In this document: positions 38,156 to 47,995 of the stretch, piece by piece
Layout of the letters: the number at the start of each line of letters is the position of its first letter
Numbering within the stretch: position 1 is the stretch's first letter
Source of the DNA: an uncultured Gemmatimonadales bacterium
Lineage (GTDB): Bacteria > Gemmatimonadota > Gemmatimonadetes > Gemmatimonadales > GWC2-71-9
Direction of reading: 5' to 3'
Assembly: GCA_963828735.1 (NCBI GenBank)
Contig: CAWHFW010000005.1
Location: forward strand, 32,001 to 96,000
Length of the DNA: 64,000 nucleotides
Made by a program: the position numbers and the translations under genes
The notes under the pieces: model-generated
What the model was told of the DNA's origin: nothing
What the model saw: the letters and a program-made list of their open reading frames with translations, nothing else
Database searches by the model: none

Positions 38156-38184
38156 AATGTAATACCGAACGATTGCCGAATCAA
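38156..38184 (-). promoter_or_regulatory. sigma70-type recA promoter TTGATT-N17-TACATT overlapped by a TTCGG direct repeat (candidate SOS box)
   Basis: Exact 17-bp spacer; CCGAA at 38165-38169 and 38176-38180 (11-bp period). Confidence 0.65.
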
Positions 38185-38221
38185 TAGTTCTCTCGTGACC
38201 GATTTTGAGTCACATAACGTA

Positions 38222-38620
38222 TCATCCTCGCCAGGCATCCTCCAAGTGCTCGACCCGGCCCCGGCCGCCGCGGCGAAACACCTCGATCACGTCGAACCGG
38301 AAGACGTCCCCTACCCGTCCATGCCGCTCCCGCCAGACCTCCGCCACCCGCGTGATGGTCCGCCGCTTTCGCCAGTGCACGCTCTCCGCCGGTGAGCCCC
38401 AGGCCGACGACGTGCGCGTCTTCACCTCGATGAACGCCACCAGCGCGCCCTGCCGCGCGACCAGATCCAGTTCCTGGTGGCCCAGCCGGAACCGATGGGC
38501 CTCGATGGACCAGCCGCGCCCGACGAGGTACGTCATCGCGAGGCGCTCGCCCCACAGTCCGCAGCGCTGACGCGCATCCTTCCACTCGTGGCTGGGAACG
38601 AACGGGGGCCGCGCAGGCAT
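38222..38620 (-). CDS. yraN: YraN-family predicted endonuclease
   Basis: G.WGE.LA..YL, ELDLVA, FIEVKTR, FRFDVI. Confidence 0.9.
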   Translation of the reverse strand: MPARPPFVPSHEWKDARQRCGLWGERLAMTYLVGRGWSIEAHRFRLGHQELDLVARQGALVAFIEVKTRTSSAWGSPAESVHWRKRRTITRVAEVWRERHGRVGDVFRFDVIEVFRRGGRGRVEHLEDAWRG

Positions 38621-38747
38621 GCCGCACGGTAGCGGCACGCACGCGGACGGTCGCCACCATTCCGGCGGGAACGGTGGCGTGAAATCGCCGTGCGATGATG
38701 ATGTCTGAGCTGATCCTTCGGCGATCGAAGGGCGCGATGCTGCGGCG

Positions 38748-40232
38748 CTACGGCCGTCGTCCCCGTCTTCCCGCGTTCCAGTCGTCCCAGACGCCGAACG
38801 TCTTCATCTGGTCCGACAGATCGGTGTTGCGGACCAACGAATCCACCTGCGGCGCGGTCTGGCGGGGCAGCGCCAGGTCGCCGTTGGCGAAGCCCCACGT
38901 CACCGCCGCCGCGATGGCGGCGTTCAGGCGAAGCTGCCGCAGGTCGGCCCGGCCGAACTCGTCCGAGCGGGCGTGGTAGTTGGGTCCGTAGTTGGCCGAT
39001 TCCTGGTTGCCGACGAGATTCGCGACGCCCTGCATCATGAAGTCGTAGTTGTCGGTGCCGACGATGGGAAGGTTGATGGGCGTGAACGGCCCGAGTCCGG
39101 CGACCGGCGTCAACGCCCGAGCGAGCGGCTCGAGGAGGTCCGACCTCCCTCCGGTGAAGAACCCGGTGATCCGCCCCGTGCCGATGTCGTACGCCGACGC
39201 CATGACGGTGTGGTCCAGCTCATCTCGATGGGCCACGGTGTAGCCGAAGGAGCCGAGCAGGCCCTGCTCCTCCCCGCTCCACAGGGCGAAGCGGATGGTC
39301 CGCTCCGGGACGAGACCGAGCCGGTGCATCTGACGCGCGATGTCGAGCACCATCATCGCGTTTGCGCCGTTGTCGAGTGCCCCCGTGCCCAGGTCCCAGG
39401 AGTCGAGATGTGCGCCGATGAGCACGATCTCGTCCGGCCTCGAACGGCCCCGGATCTCGCCGATCACGTTGTAGCTCTCGTACGCCGGGCCGGACTGCAC
39501 GTCGAGCGCGGCCGTGAGCGTGAGCCGCTTGCCCGCGCGCAACAGGCGGAGCGCGCGGGCGGCCGCGTCGCGCTCCATCATCATCATCGGGTGGGTCGTC
39601 GCCAGGCCGGTCGAGGCGTTGTGCCTCGCGAGCAGATCGTTCGGCCGGGAAGACATGTACACCAGGCCAGTCGCCCCCGCCGCGAACGCCCGACGCTCGA
39701 TACCGACCGCCTCGTTGTACTCCTTGAAGAGCCCATCGATGTCGTGCAGCTCTTCCGTCTCGATCAGGACGAAAGCGCCCCGTGCCGCGGTGCCCAGACG
39801 CGTGAAGTCCGCCTCGGCCCCCGCCCCGGCGTCGACCAATGGGAGGGTGAGGCCGGCCGCCGGGGTGCCGGTCGAGAACGGGAGCGCGGCGATCCTGGGA
39901 CGGAACTAGACGCCTTCGCCCTTCACCGTCGCGGAGGCCGAGCGCTCGAGCCAGAGCCCCGGCATCGTGAATGGCTCGCGCCGGACCGTGACGCCGGCCT
40001 CGCGAAACCGTCCGACGGCCCAGTCGACGGCTCTGAGGTTGGCCGGCGAGCCCGTCGTCCGGCCGCCGATCTCGTCGGTGAGGGTCTGCAGGTCCTGGAC
40101 GAGCGGCGTGTCCTCGAGAAGAGAGCCGACTAGGCGGCGGGCGCCGTCGTCCTGGGCGTGGAGCGGTCCGCTCGCGAGGAGCACCAGCAGCAGGGTGCCG
40201 GGCACGATGGGCGGGAGAGGGCGGCGCGTCAC
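38748..40232 (-). pseudogene. Secreted M28 metallopeptidase (carboxypeptidase Q-like) interrupted by an in-frame TAG at 39906-39908
   Basis: Signal peptide plus LTDEIGGRTTGS. The same frame resumes after the TAG (FRPRIAALPFS) to GAHLDSWD, GALDN, GEEQGLLGS, YH. Confidence 0.85.
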
Positions 40233-40264
40233 GGTCGACTCCGCGATGTGGAGGGGGAAAAGAG

Positions 40265-42517
40265 CTAGCTGCAGTACTCCTCGATCTGGTCGATCCCGAT
40301 GCGGACGTCGCGCGGCTTGCTGCCGTTCGCCGGCCCGAGGATCCCCGCCTCCTCGAGCTGATCCATGATGCGCGCCGCTCGCCCGTAGCCGATACCGAGC
40401 TTCCTCTGCAGCAGAGACGTCGAGCCACCCTGGTTCTGGACGCAGGCGATGGCGGCCTCCTTGAACTGCGGATCGCGCTCACCGGCCTCGGCTGCCCCCT
40501 CCCCGGCCCCTTCGCCCTCGCCCTCGGGCACCTCGTCGAGGATATTGGTCTCGGCGGACTCGACCACTCCGCGCTGGTCTCGCTCCACCTTCCACTGGCG
40601 GTACCGCTCCAGGATCTTCTCGCTTTCCTCCGTGGAAATGTAGGCACCCTGGAGCCGCATCGGCTCGCTCTTCCCCGGCTCGAGGAATAGCATGTCGCCC
40701 TTGCCCAGCAGCGCCTCCGAGCCGTTCTGGTCGAGGATGGTGCGGCTGTCCACTTTCGACGCCACCCGGAAGGCGATCCGGCTCGGGAAGTTGGCCTTGA
40801 TGAGCCCGGTGATGACGTTCACCGACGGCCGCTGCGTCGCGAGAATGAGATGCAGCCCGACCGCGCGTGCTTTCTGCGCCAGGCGGGCAAGCGGCGTCTC
40901 CACCTCGGACTGGACCGTCATCATCAGGTCCGCCAGCTCGTCCACCACGACCACGATCAGCGGCAGCTTGCCCTCGGTGTACGCCTCGGCCTCGGGCGGT
41001 GGCGGCGGCGTGTCCGGCGCCTCGGCGGCGATGTCCGTGAGCGTCACGCGCCGCGGCGCCGGATGCCGGAGCGACTTCCCCTCGAGCACCTTGCGATTGA
41101 ACTCGGTCATGTTGCGCGCGCCGTTGGCCTCGAGCAGCGCGTAGCGCCGCTCCATCTCGCCGACGGCCCACTTGAGCACCCGCGCGGCTTCCTTGTTGTT
41201 GGTGACGACCGGATGACGGAGATGGGGCAGGTCCTTATACATGGACAGCTCCACCATCTTCGGGTCGATCATCAGGAGGCGCAGGTCCTCCTTGTGCTGG
41301 TAGTGGTAGATGAGCGACGTGATGATCGCGTTGATCCCGACGGACTTGCCGGTGCCGGTGGCGCCCGCGATGAGCAGGTGCGGCATCTTGGCGAGGTCGG
41401 CGATGACCGGGCGGCCTTCGAGGTCCAGGCCCAGCGCGACCGGCAGAAGCCGCTCTTCGCCGCTCCACAGATCGTCCTCCAGCAGCTCGCGAAGGACGAC
41501 CACGCGCGACTTGGGGTTCGGGACCTCGACCCCCACCATGTCCCGGCCCGGGATGCGTGCGACCCGGATGGACCGCGCGCTCATCTTGAGCGCGAGGTCG
41601 TCGGCCAGGTTCACCAGCCGATTCATCTTCACGCCCGGCCGGAGCCGGACGCCGTACTGCGTCACGACCGGACCGGTGGTCCGGCCGGCCACGTCGCCTT
41701 CCACCTTAAACTCGGCCAACGTCTCCTCGAGACGCTCCTGCAGAACGTCGAGCTCACCCTCGCCGGCGTCGATGCCCCTGGTGCGCGGCGCCTCCAGCAG
41801 CTCGACCTCCCAGACGGGCCCCAGGTCCTTGTCGCCCGGCGCGCGGCGGGGCTCGGGCTTCTTCGCCGACTTGGCCTTGGTCGGCTTGCCATCGGGCTTG
41901 GGCGCCGTCTTCGGCTCGTCTCGCGCCTTGGCCACCTGGAGCTCGGCCGCCTCCGGCGTCTCCTTGGGGGCGTCCTTGGCCGTCTTCCGTCTGCCCTCGC
42001 CCTTCGCGATCTCGCCCTTGGCCGCCGCCGGTGCCTGCGGCTGGCGCTCGAGACGCTGCAGCGGATGCCAGGCGAACGTGCCGAGGGTCAGTGCCGACAG
42101 CGCGAGGAATCCCGCCAGCACCGCGCCCGCGGGGCCGATGCCGCGCGGAATGGCGACCGCGAAGAAGCCGGGGAGGGCGCCAACCATCTTGCCGAGGAAG
42201 CGACCGTTGTCGATGTCGAACACGGTGACGTGTCCGAGCACGCCGGCGAGATAGGGCAGCAGCACGCTCAGGCCGACGATGAGAAATGCCGAGCGCTTCA
42301 TGTCGAGGTTGCCCAGGCGCTCGAACCCCGCGAGCGCGAGCCCGATGCCGAGCAACGGGATGCCGAGTGCGCCCGCCCCGAGCCACTCCCAGAGTGTCTG
42401 GCCCAGGGAGTGGCCGATCGGGCCGGTCAGCGGGAACGGCAGGAGGGTCAGGCCGACGAAGAGACCGACGACGAGGGCGGTGATCGCGCCCAGCCGCCGG
42501 CGTGAATCGGAGCTCAT
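40265..42517 (-). CDS. ftsK: DNA translocase FtsK
   Basis: N-terminal TM helices, PHLLIAGATGTGKS, VDELADLM, ATQRPS, gamma domain STSLLQRKLGIGYGRAAR. Confidence 0.97.
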   Translation of the reverse strand: MSSDSRRRLGAITALVVGLFVGLTLLPFPLTGPIGHSLGQTLWEWLGAGALGIPLLGIGLALAGFERLGNLDMKRSAFLIVGLSVLLPYLAGVLGHVTVFDIDNGRFLGKMVGALPGFFAVAIPRGIGPAGAVLAGFLALSALTLGTFAWHPLQRLERQPQAPAAAKGEIAKGEGRRKTAKDAPKETPEAAELQVAKARDEPKTAPKPDGKPTKAKSAKKPEPRRAPGDKDLGPVWEVELLEAPRTRGIDAGEGELDVLQERLEETLAEFKVEGDVAGRTTGPVVTQYGVRLRPGVKMNRLVNLADDLALKMSARSIRVARIPGRDMVGVEVPNPKSRVVVLRELLEDDLWSGEERLLPVALGLDLEGRPVIADLAKMPHLLIAGATGTGKSVGINAIITSLIYHYQHKEDLRLLMIDPKMVELSMYKDLPHLRHPVVTNNKEAARVLKWAVGEMERRYALLEANGARNMTEFNRKVLEGKSLRHPAPRRVTLTDIAAEAPDTPPPPPEAEAYTEGKLPLIVVVVDELADLMMTVQSEVETPLARLAQKARAVGLHLILATQRPSVNVITGLIKANFPSRIAFRVASKVDSRTILDQNGSEALLGKGDMLFLEPGKSEPMRLQGAYISTEESEKILERYRQWKVERDQRGVVESAETNILDEVPEGEGEGAGEGAAEAGERDPQFKEAAIACVQNQGGSTSLLQRKLGIGYGRAARIMDQLEEAGILGPANGSKPRDVRIGIDQIEEYCS

Positions 42518-43257
42518 ACCGGCACTGCTGCGAGGGTCACCCGGCGTTCGTGGAAATGCGCCAGCACAGGATAGACGTCGAGGCGCGCGGCGTCGAGCAC
42601 GTCGTCCAGCAGACCGAGCTTGATCAGCTCGCGGCCTGCGCGGCTGCGACGGAGGGGGCGCTCCCAGTTCTCGCCATACCGGCGGACGAGATCCAGGCTC
42701 GCGATCGCCGCGTCGTTGAGGCCGCGTCGCGACCCGTGGCTTCCCAGAGCCGCGGCGATCAAACGGCCCGCGCAGTAGGCGTCGTCGAGCGAGAAGGCCC
42801 CGTCCCGACCGGCGCAGACGATGAGCAGGTCAGCGTCGCGCTCGAGCGTCTCGCGCGCCCTCTCGGCGGCGACGCCCAGGTTCGCGGCGCACGTGCCAAA
42901 CACCGCCGCCGCGCCTTGGCACGCCAGCAGCGCCTTGGTGCCGTTGGTGGTGGTGACGATCAGCGTCTTCCCCCGCACCGCCGGTTCGGTCATCTCCAGC
43001 GGGCTATTGCCGAGGTGGAACCCCGGAATGCGGAGGCATTGCTTCTCGCCGGCCAGCAGCACGTCCGTGCTGCCGATCGTCTGGGCGAGCCGGAGCGCCT
43101 CCTCGGTCGACGCCACCGGAATGAGCGCCTTGGCGCCGTGATGGAGCGCGGCGCACATCGAGGTCGTGGCGCGCAGGATGTCGATGACGAACGCCGTGCG
43201 GCCCTGGACCGCCGCGGGCGCGAGGCCGGCCGGCGCGAAGACGACGTCGATCCTCAT
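42514..43257 (-). CDS. comB: 2-phosphosulfolactate phosphatase-like protein
   Basis: [29 protein letters not shown]...SLDD.YCAG. Confidence 0.88.
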   Translation of the reverse strand: MRIDVVFAPAGLAPAAVQGRTAFVIDILRATTSMCAALHHGAKALIPVASTEEALRLAQTIGSTDVLLAGEKQCLRIPGFHLGNSPLEMTEPAVRGKTLIVTTTNGTKALLACQGAAAVFGTCAANLGVAAERARETLERDADLLIVCAGRDGAFSLDDAYCAGRLIAAALGSHGSRRGLNDAAIASLDLVRRYGENWERPLRRSRAGRELIKLGLLDDVLDAARLDVYPVLAHFHERRVTLAAVPV

Positions 43258-44612
43258 GCCTCGGGCCGGAGGAGGTGGGACTCGCGCTCGAGGAATCGGG
43301 TGTCGACGCGGCCGGCGGCGAAGTCGGGATGCCGGATCACGCGGGCGAGGAACGGGATCGTCGTGGTGACCCCTTCGAGGATGAAGCTGTCCAGCGCCTG
43401 GCCCATCCGGGTGAGAGCCTCCTCGCGGTCGTTGCCGTGCACGATCACCTTGGCGAGCAGCGAGTCGTAATACGGCGGCACCGTATATCCGGCGTAGACA
43501 TGGGTGTCCACGCGCACCCCGGGACCGCCCGGAGGGTGGTAGGCGGTGATGAGGCCCGGACAGGGCTGGAAGTTCCGGTAGGGATCTTCCGCGTTGATAC
43601 GGCATTCGATCGCGTGCCCGCGAAGACGCCGCCCGTCCCCCTGGAAGCTGATCGGCTCTCCGGCCGCGACCCTGATCTGCTCCTTGACGAGGTCGAAGCT
43701 GGTCACCATCTCGGTGACCGGATGCTCCACCTGGATCCGGGTGTTCATCTCCATGAAGTAGAACGAGCCGTCCGTGTCGAGCAGAAACTCGAGCGTCCCC
43801 GCGCCGACGTAGGCGATGTTCGACGCCAACGCCACGGCGGCGTTGCCCATCCGCTCACGCAGGTCCGATGTGAGCGCGGGGCTCGGGCTTTCCTCGATGA
43901 GCTTCTGGTGGCGCCGCTGCACCGAGCAGTCGCGCTCGCCGAGGTGGACGACCTTGCCGTGCGTGTCGCCCATGACCTGAATCTCGACGTGGCGCGGATG
44001 CTCGATGTACTTCTCGACGTACACCGCGCCGTTGTTGAACGCGGCCAGGGCCTCGTTCTGCGCCAGGCCGAAGAGCTGCGGGAACTGTTCCGCCTCGTTG
44101 GCGATCCGCATCCCCTTCCCGCCCCCGCCCGCGGTCGCCTTGATGATGACCGGAAAGCCGATCGACTCGGCAAAGGCCAGCGCCTCGTCGGGGTCGTCGA
44201 TGGTGCCCGGCGAGCCAGGCACGGTGGGCACGCCGGCCTCCGAGGCCAGGCGGCGGGCCGTGGCCTTGTCGCCCATCTGGCGGATCTGATCGCCGCTCGG
44301 GCCGATGAACGTGATGTTCGAGGCCTTGCAGGTGTCGGCGAACTCGGCGTTCTCGGCCAGGAAGCCGTAGCCCGGGTGGATGGCGTCGGCGCCGGTGATC
44401 TCGGCGGCGGCGATGATGTTGGGGATCTTGAGGTACGAGCTCCGGCTCGGCGGCGGCCCGATGCAGACGTCGTCGTCGGCGAAGCGGACGTGCAGCGACT
44501 CCCGGTCGGCCTCCGAGTACACGGCCACCGTCTCGAGGCCGAGCTCCCGGCACGCACGAATGACCCGCAAGGCGATCTCCCCGCGGTTCGCGATCAGGAC
44601 CTTCTTAAACAC
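43254..44612 (-). CDS. accC: Acetyl-CoA carboxylase biotin carboxylase
   Basis: [50 protein letters not shown]. Confidence 0.98.
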   Translation of the reverse strand: MFKKVLIANRGEIALRVIRACRELGLETVAVYSEADRESLHVRFADDDVCIGPPPSRSSYLKIPNIIAAAEITGADAIHPGYGFLAENAEFADTCKASNITFIGPSGDQIRQMGDKATARRLASEAGVPTVPGSPGTIDDPDEALAFAESIGFPVIIKATAGGGGKGMRIANEAEQFPQLFGLAQNEALAAFNNGAVYVEKYIEHPRHVEIQVMGDTHGKVVHLGERDCSVQRRHQKLIEESPSPALTSDLRERMGNAAVALASNIAYVGAGTLEFLLDTDGSFYFMEMNTRIQVEHPVTEMVTSFDLVKEQIRVAAGEPISFQGDGRRLRGHAIECRINAEDPYRNFQPCPGLITAYHPPGGPGVRVDTHVYAGYTVPPYYDSLLAKVIVHGNDREEALTRMGQALDSFILEGVTTTIPFLARVIRHPDFAAGRVDTRFLERESHLLRPEA

Positions 44613-44633
44613 GCGGGCCTCGGCCCTTCAGCA

Positions 44634-45824
44634 TCAGGGCGTGAGGTCCAGCGCCCGCGGCGCCGACGCGTCACCCGTGATCTCGGTGAACGTCCGGTCG
44701 GATGCCGAGTCGACTCCAGACACCCGGAGCGCGAACTCGCTCGGGTTGGTCGAGTAGAACAGCGCGCTCTCGTAGGAGATCATGCCGTCCTTGAACCACT
44801 TCATCAGCGACTGGTCGAACGACTGCATACCGTAGGAGACGGTGCCTTCGGCGATGAGATCGGGAATGTTGAGCGCTTTCTCGATGTCCCGGATGTTGTC
44901 CGCGACGGCGGCCGTGTTGATGAGCACCTCGGCGCCGGGAACCCGCCCGCGCCCGTCGGCCCGCGGCACCAGCCGGAGCGACACCACCGCCTGCAGCGCG
45001 GTGGCGAGCAGCATCCGGATCTCCTGGTGCTGATACGGTGGATAGAAGGAGATGATGCGGTTGAGCGTCTGGGTGGCGTCGGTGGTATGGAGCGTGCTGA
45101 ATACCAGGTGCCCGGTGTCGGCGGCCTTGAGTGCCGTGTCGAGCGTCTCCATGTCGCGGATCTCACCGACCAGGATCACGTCCGGGTCCTGGCGCAGCAC
45201 GTGGCGCAGGGCCGATGCGAACGAGAGCGTGTCGCTGCCCACCTCGCGCTGCGAGATGTTGGCCATCACGTCGCGGTGCAGGAACTCGATCGGGTCCTCG
45301 ATCGTGATCACGTTGACCCGGCGGTTCTGGTTGACGTGGTTGATCATCGACGCGAGCGCGGTCGACTTGCCCGAGCCGGTGATGCCGGTGACCAGCACCA
45401 GGCCGCGCGGCTTCAGCGAGATCTCCTCCAGCACCACGGGCAGGTGTAGGTCGGCGATCGTCTTGACCTCGTACGGAATGGCCCGGAAGGCGAAGGCCAG
45501 CGTGCCGCGCTGCTGGTAGATGTTGGTGCGGAACCGGCCCACGCCGGGGACGCCGATGGCGAAGTCGGCCTCCTTCTTCTCGGCGAACTCCTTCACCTGG
45601 CGCGGGGTCATCACCTGCTCGGCCAGCATCTTGAGGTCCTCGGGCTTGACCGGCGGCATCTCGAGCGTGTGGAGCTCGCCGTTCACCCGGACCGTCGGTG
45701 GGCGGCCGACCTTGAGGAGCAGGTCGGACGCGTTCCGCTGCACCATCTGCGCGATGGTCTGCTTGAAGTTGAACGTCGACGCCCCCGAAGCGGGCGCCGG
45801 CGTCTGCCCGCCCGCCTCAGCCAT
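44634..45824 (-). CDS. pilT: PilT/PilU-family type IV pilus retraction ATPase
   Basis: GITGSGKST, TIEDPIEF, LRQDPDVILVGEIRD, TGHLVFSTLHT, GMQSFDQSL. Confidence 0.93.
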   Translation of the reverse strand: MAEAGGQTPAPASGASTFNFKQTIAQMVQRNASDLLLKVGRPPTVRVNGELHTLEMPPVKPEDLKMLAEQVMTPRQVKEFAEKKEADFAIGVPGVGRFRTNIYQQRGTLAFAFRAIPYEVKTIADLHLPVVLEEISLKPRGLVLVTGITGSGKSTALASMINHVNQNRRVNVITIEDPIEFLHRDVMANISQREVGSDTLSFASALRHVLRQDPDVILVGEIRDMETLDTALKAADTGHLVFSTLHTTDATQTLNRIISFYPPYQHQEIRMLLATALQAVVSLRLVPRADGRGRVPGAEVLINTAAVADNIRDIEKALNIPDLIAEGTVSYGMQSFDQSLMKWFKDGMISYESALFYSTNPSEFALRVSGVDSASDRTFTEITGDASAPRALDLTP

Positions 45825-46353
45825 TGGGATCTACCCGGTAAAGGACCTGGCCGAATTCCACCGGCTGGGCGTCGTCCACGAGGATTTCGCGAACCACGCC
45901 CGCGATCTCGGCTTCGATCTCGTTCATGATCTTCATCGCCTCGATGATGCACACCGTCTGGCCCGGCGAGACCCGCGTCCCGGCTTTCACGTAGGGATCG
46001 GCACCCGGCTCGGGCGACTTGTAGAACGTCCCGACCATCGGGGATTTGATGTCCTTGAGCGCGGAGGAGGCACGCGGCGCCTCGCGGGTCTCCGCGTCGC
46101 CCCCCGCGGCCGGGGCGCTGGCCGCGGCGGGCGGAGCATAGTGGGCCGGGGCGGCGACCATGGTGGGGACACCGTTTCCGGTACGGGTGATGACCACCTT
46201 GGTACCGAACATGCCCTTGACCTCGATCGAGCCGATCTCCGGCGAATCGCGCAGCAACTGCGCGAGGCCCTGCACGTCCTGCAGCTCGATGGCCTTCATC
46301 CCCGGCACGTTCTGCAGCAGCTCCGCGAGCTGCTTCATGTCCTGGGGCGTCAT
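45817..46353 (-). CDS. accB: Biotin carboxyl carrier protein
   Basis: SPMVGTFY, IIEAMKIMNEIE biotinylation motif, Pro/Ala linker. Confidence 0.96.
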   Translation of the reverse strand: MTPQDMKQLAELLQNVPGMKAIELQDVQGLAQLLRDSPEIGSIEVKGMFGTKVVITRTGNGVPTMVAAPAHYAPPAAASAPAAGGDAETREAPRASSALKDIKSPMVGTFYKSPEPGADPYVKAGTRVSPGQTVCIIEAMKIMNEIEAEIAGVVREILVDDAQPVEFGQVLYRVDPNG

Positions 46354-46469
46354 AGGGAGGTGACGAGCCCGTTTACGCGGCGGTCGACCCGGATCACTTG
46401 CCCCTCCTCGAGAAAGAGCGGGATCTGCACGGTAGCGCCGGTTTCCAGGATTGGCGGCGTCGTTGTCAT
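46350..46469 (-). pseudogene. efp: 39-aa ORF matching only the C-terminal part of elongation factor P
   Basis: Hand translation MTTTPPILETGATVQIPLFLEEGQVIRVDRRVNGLVTSL*, similar to the EF-P motif LETG..V.VPLF..EG..I.VD.R; sits at the usual efp position between pepP and accB. Confidence 0.85.
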
Positions 46470-46479
46470 CGTCGATGGG

Positions 46480-47568
46480 TTACACCAGCTCGAGCAGGTC
46501 GGTGCGGCCGTCGGAGAGCACCTCTGCGCCGTCCGGGCCGAGGTGGACGTCGTCCTCCAGCCGGACCCCGCCCCAGCCCGGAAGATAGATGCCCGGCTCG
46601 ACGGTCACCACCGCATGCAGCGGAAGCGCGGATTCGGCCGTCGGAGCCAGCCGGGGCGCCTCATGCACCTCGAGACCCAGACCGTGGCCCAGCGAATGGC
46701 CGAAGGCGTCACCGAATCCGCGCGCCGCGATCACCTCCCGCGCGAGCGCGTCACCTTCACGTCCGGTCATCCCCGCACGGAGGTGGTCAAGCGCGCGGCG
46801 TTGCGCCGTGCGCACGAGATCGTAGACTGTCCGCTGGCGCTCGTCCGCCCGACCACCGACCACCATCGTTCGCGTGAGATCGGCGCAGTATCCGTCCACC
46901 TGCGCGCCGAAGTCAAGCAGCAGCCACTCCCCGGCCCCGACGATGCGCGTGCTGGTGCGCGCGTGGGGCAGCGCCGCTCGCGGCCCGCTCGCGACGATCG
47001 TGGGGAAAGGGTGCCACTCGCTGCCCCGGCGGCGGAGCGCCGATTCGAGCGCGGCGGCCACCTCCAGCTCCGCCTGGCCTGCGCGGATGGTGGGAAGCAC
47101 CTCGCCCAGCGCATCCTGCGCCAGGGCGGCGGCCGCCCGGATCGACGCGATCTCCTCCGGGGCCTTTACCGCACGCAGGCGCTCGACCAGGTCCGTCGAG
47201 GGCACCAGGCGCGCCCGGGTCAGCCCCCCGAGCCTCTCCGCGTCGCGAACCGTGAGCGCCTGCGCCTCGATCCCGATCGCGCCCAGGGGCTCGGCGGCCA
47301 GCACACGGCCCAGGCGGTCCCACACGCTCTTCTGATCGATCTCGACCGTCGCGGCGCCGCCTGCTTCGTTCGGCGCCTGGACGGCGTAGCGGAAATCGGT
47401 GATCAGTGTCGTGCTCGAGGCGCGCACCAGCAGCAGCGCGGCGGACCCGGTGAACCCGGTCAGGTACCGGATGTTGGGCAGGTGCGTGACGAGGAGGGCG
47501 TCGAGCCCCTCGTCGTCCAGCGCGACCCGCAGTGCGGCCTGCCGGTCGGCGCGGCGGTCAGGCCGCAC
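46480..47568 (-). CDS. Xaa-Pro aminopeptidase (M24)
   Basis: [50 protein letters not shown]. Confidence 0.95.
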   Translation of the reverse strand: MRPDRRADRQAALRVALDDEGLDALLVTHLPNIRYLTGFTGSAALLLVRASSTTLITDFRYAVQAPNEAGGAATVEIDQKSVWDRLGRVLAAEPLGAIGIEAQALTVRDAERLGGLTRARLVPSTDLVERLRAVKAPEEIASIRAAAALAQDALGEVLPTIRAGQAELEVAAALESALRRRGSEWHPFPTIVASGPRAALPHARTSTRIVGAGEWLLLDFGAQVDGYCADLTRTMVVGGRADERQRTVYDLVRTAQRRALDHLRAGMTGREGDALAREVIAARGFGDAFGHSLGHGLGLEVHEAPRLAPTAESALPLHAVVTVEPGIYLPGWGGVRLEDDVHLGPDGAEVLSDGRTDLLELV

Positions 47569-47995
47569 GCAGTCGGCCCACCAACGCCTGCAGGGCCAGC
47601 AGGTAGCTCTGCGCGCCGAACCCGGCCACCAGGCCGACGGCCAGGTCCGCGATCATGGAGTGGTGCCGCGCGGGCTCTCGCGCGAAAATGTTCGAGAGGT
47701 GCAGCTCGACGAAGGGGACCTGCACGGCCAGCAGCGCGTCACGCAGGGCGAGGCTCGTGTGCGTCAGCGAGGCCGCGTTGATCAGCGCGCCGTCGGCGCG
47801 GCCCTTGAGCCGCTGCACCGCGTCCACCAGCTCGCCCTCATGGTTGGTCTGGAGCCATTCCAGCTCGACCCCGTGATCGCGCGCCGCCTCGCGCACCATC
47901 GCTTCGATCTCGGCCAGCGTCGTGCGTCCGTAGACCTCTGGCTCCCGCTGCCCCAGGAGGTTCAGGTTGGGGCCGTTCAGGACGCTGATGCGCAT
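47558..47995 (-). CDS. aroQ: Type II 3-dehydroquinate dehydratase
   Basis: [40 protein letters not shown]. Confidence 0.97.
   Translation of the reverse strand: MRISVLNGPNLNLLGQREPEVYGRTTLAEIEAMVREAARDHGVELEWLQTNHEGELVDAVQRLKGRADGALINAASLTHTSLALRDALLAVQVPFVELHLSNIFAREPARHHSMIADLAVGLVAGFGAQSYLLALQALVGRLRAA

Noticed and set aside
39906..39908. Pyrrolysine or stop-codon reassignment
   Set aside because: No pyl genes in the window, and TAG terminates normal genes (ftsK, tatA, hutH).
42514..43257. comB as evidence for coenzyme M biosynthesis
   Set aside because: No comA, comC or comDE nearby; stand-alone ComB-like phosphatases are widespread in bacteria.
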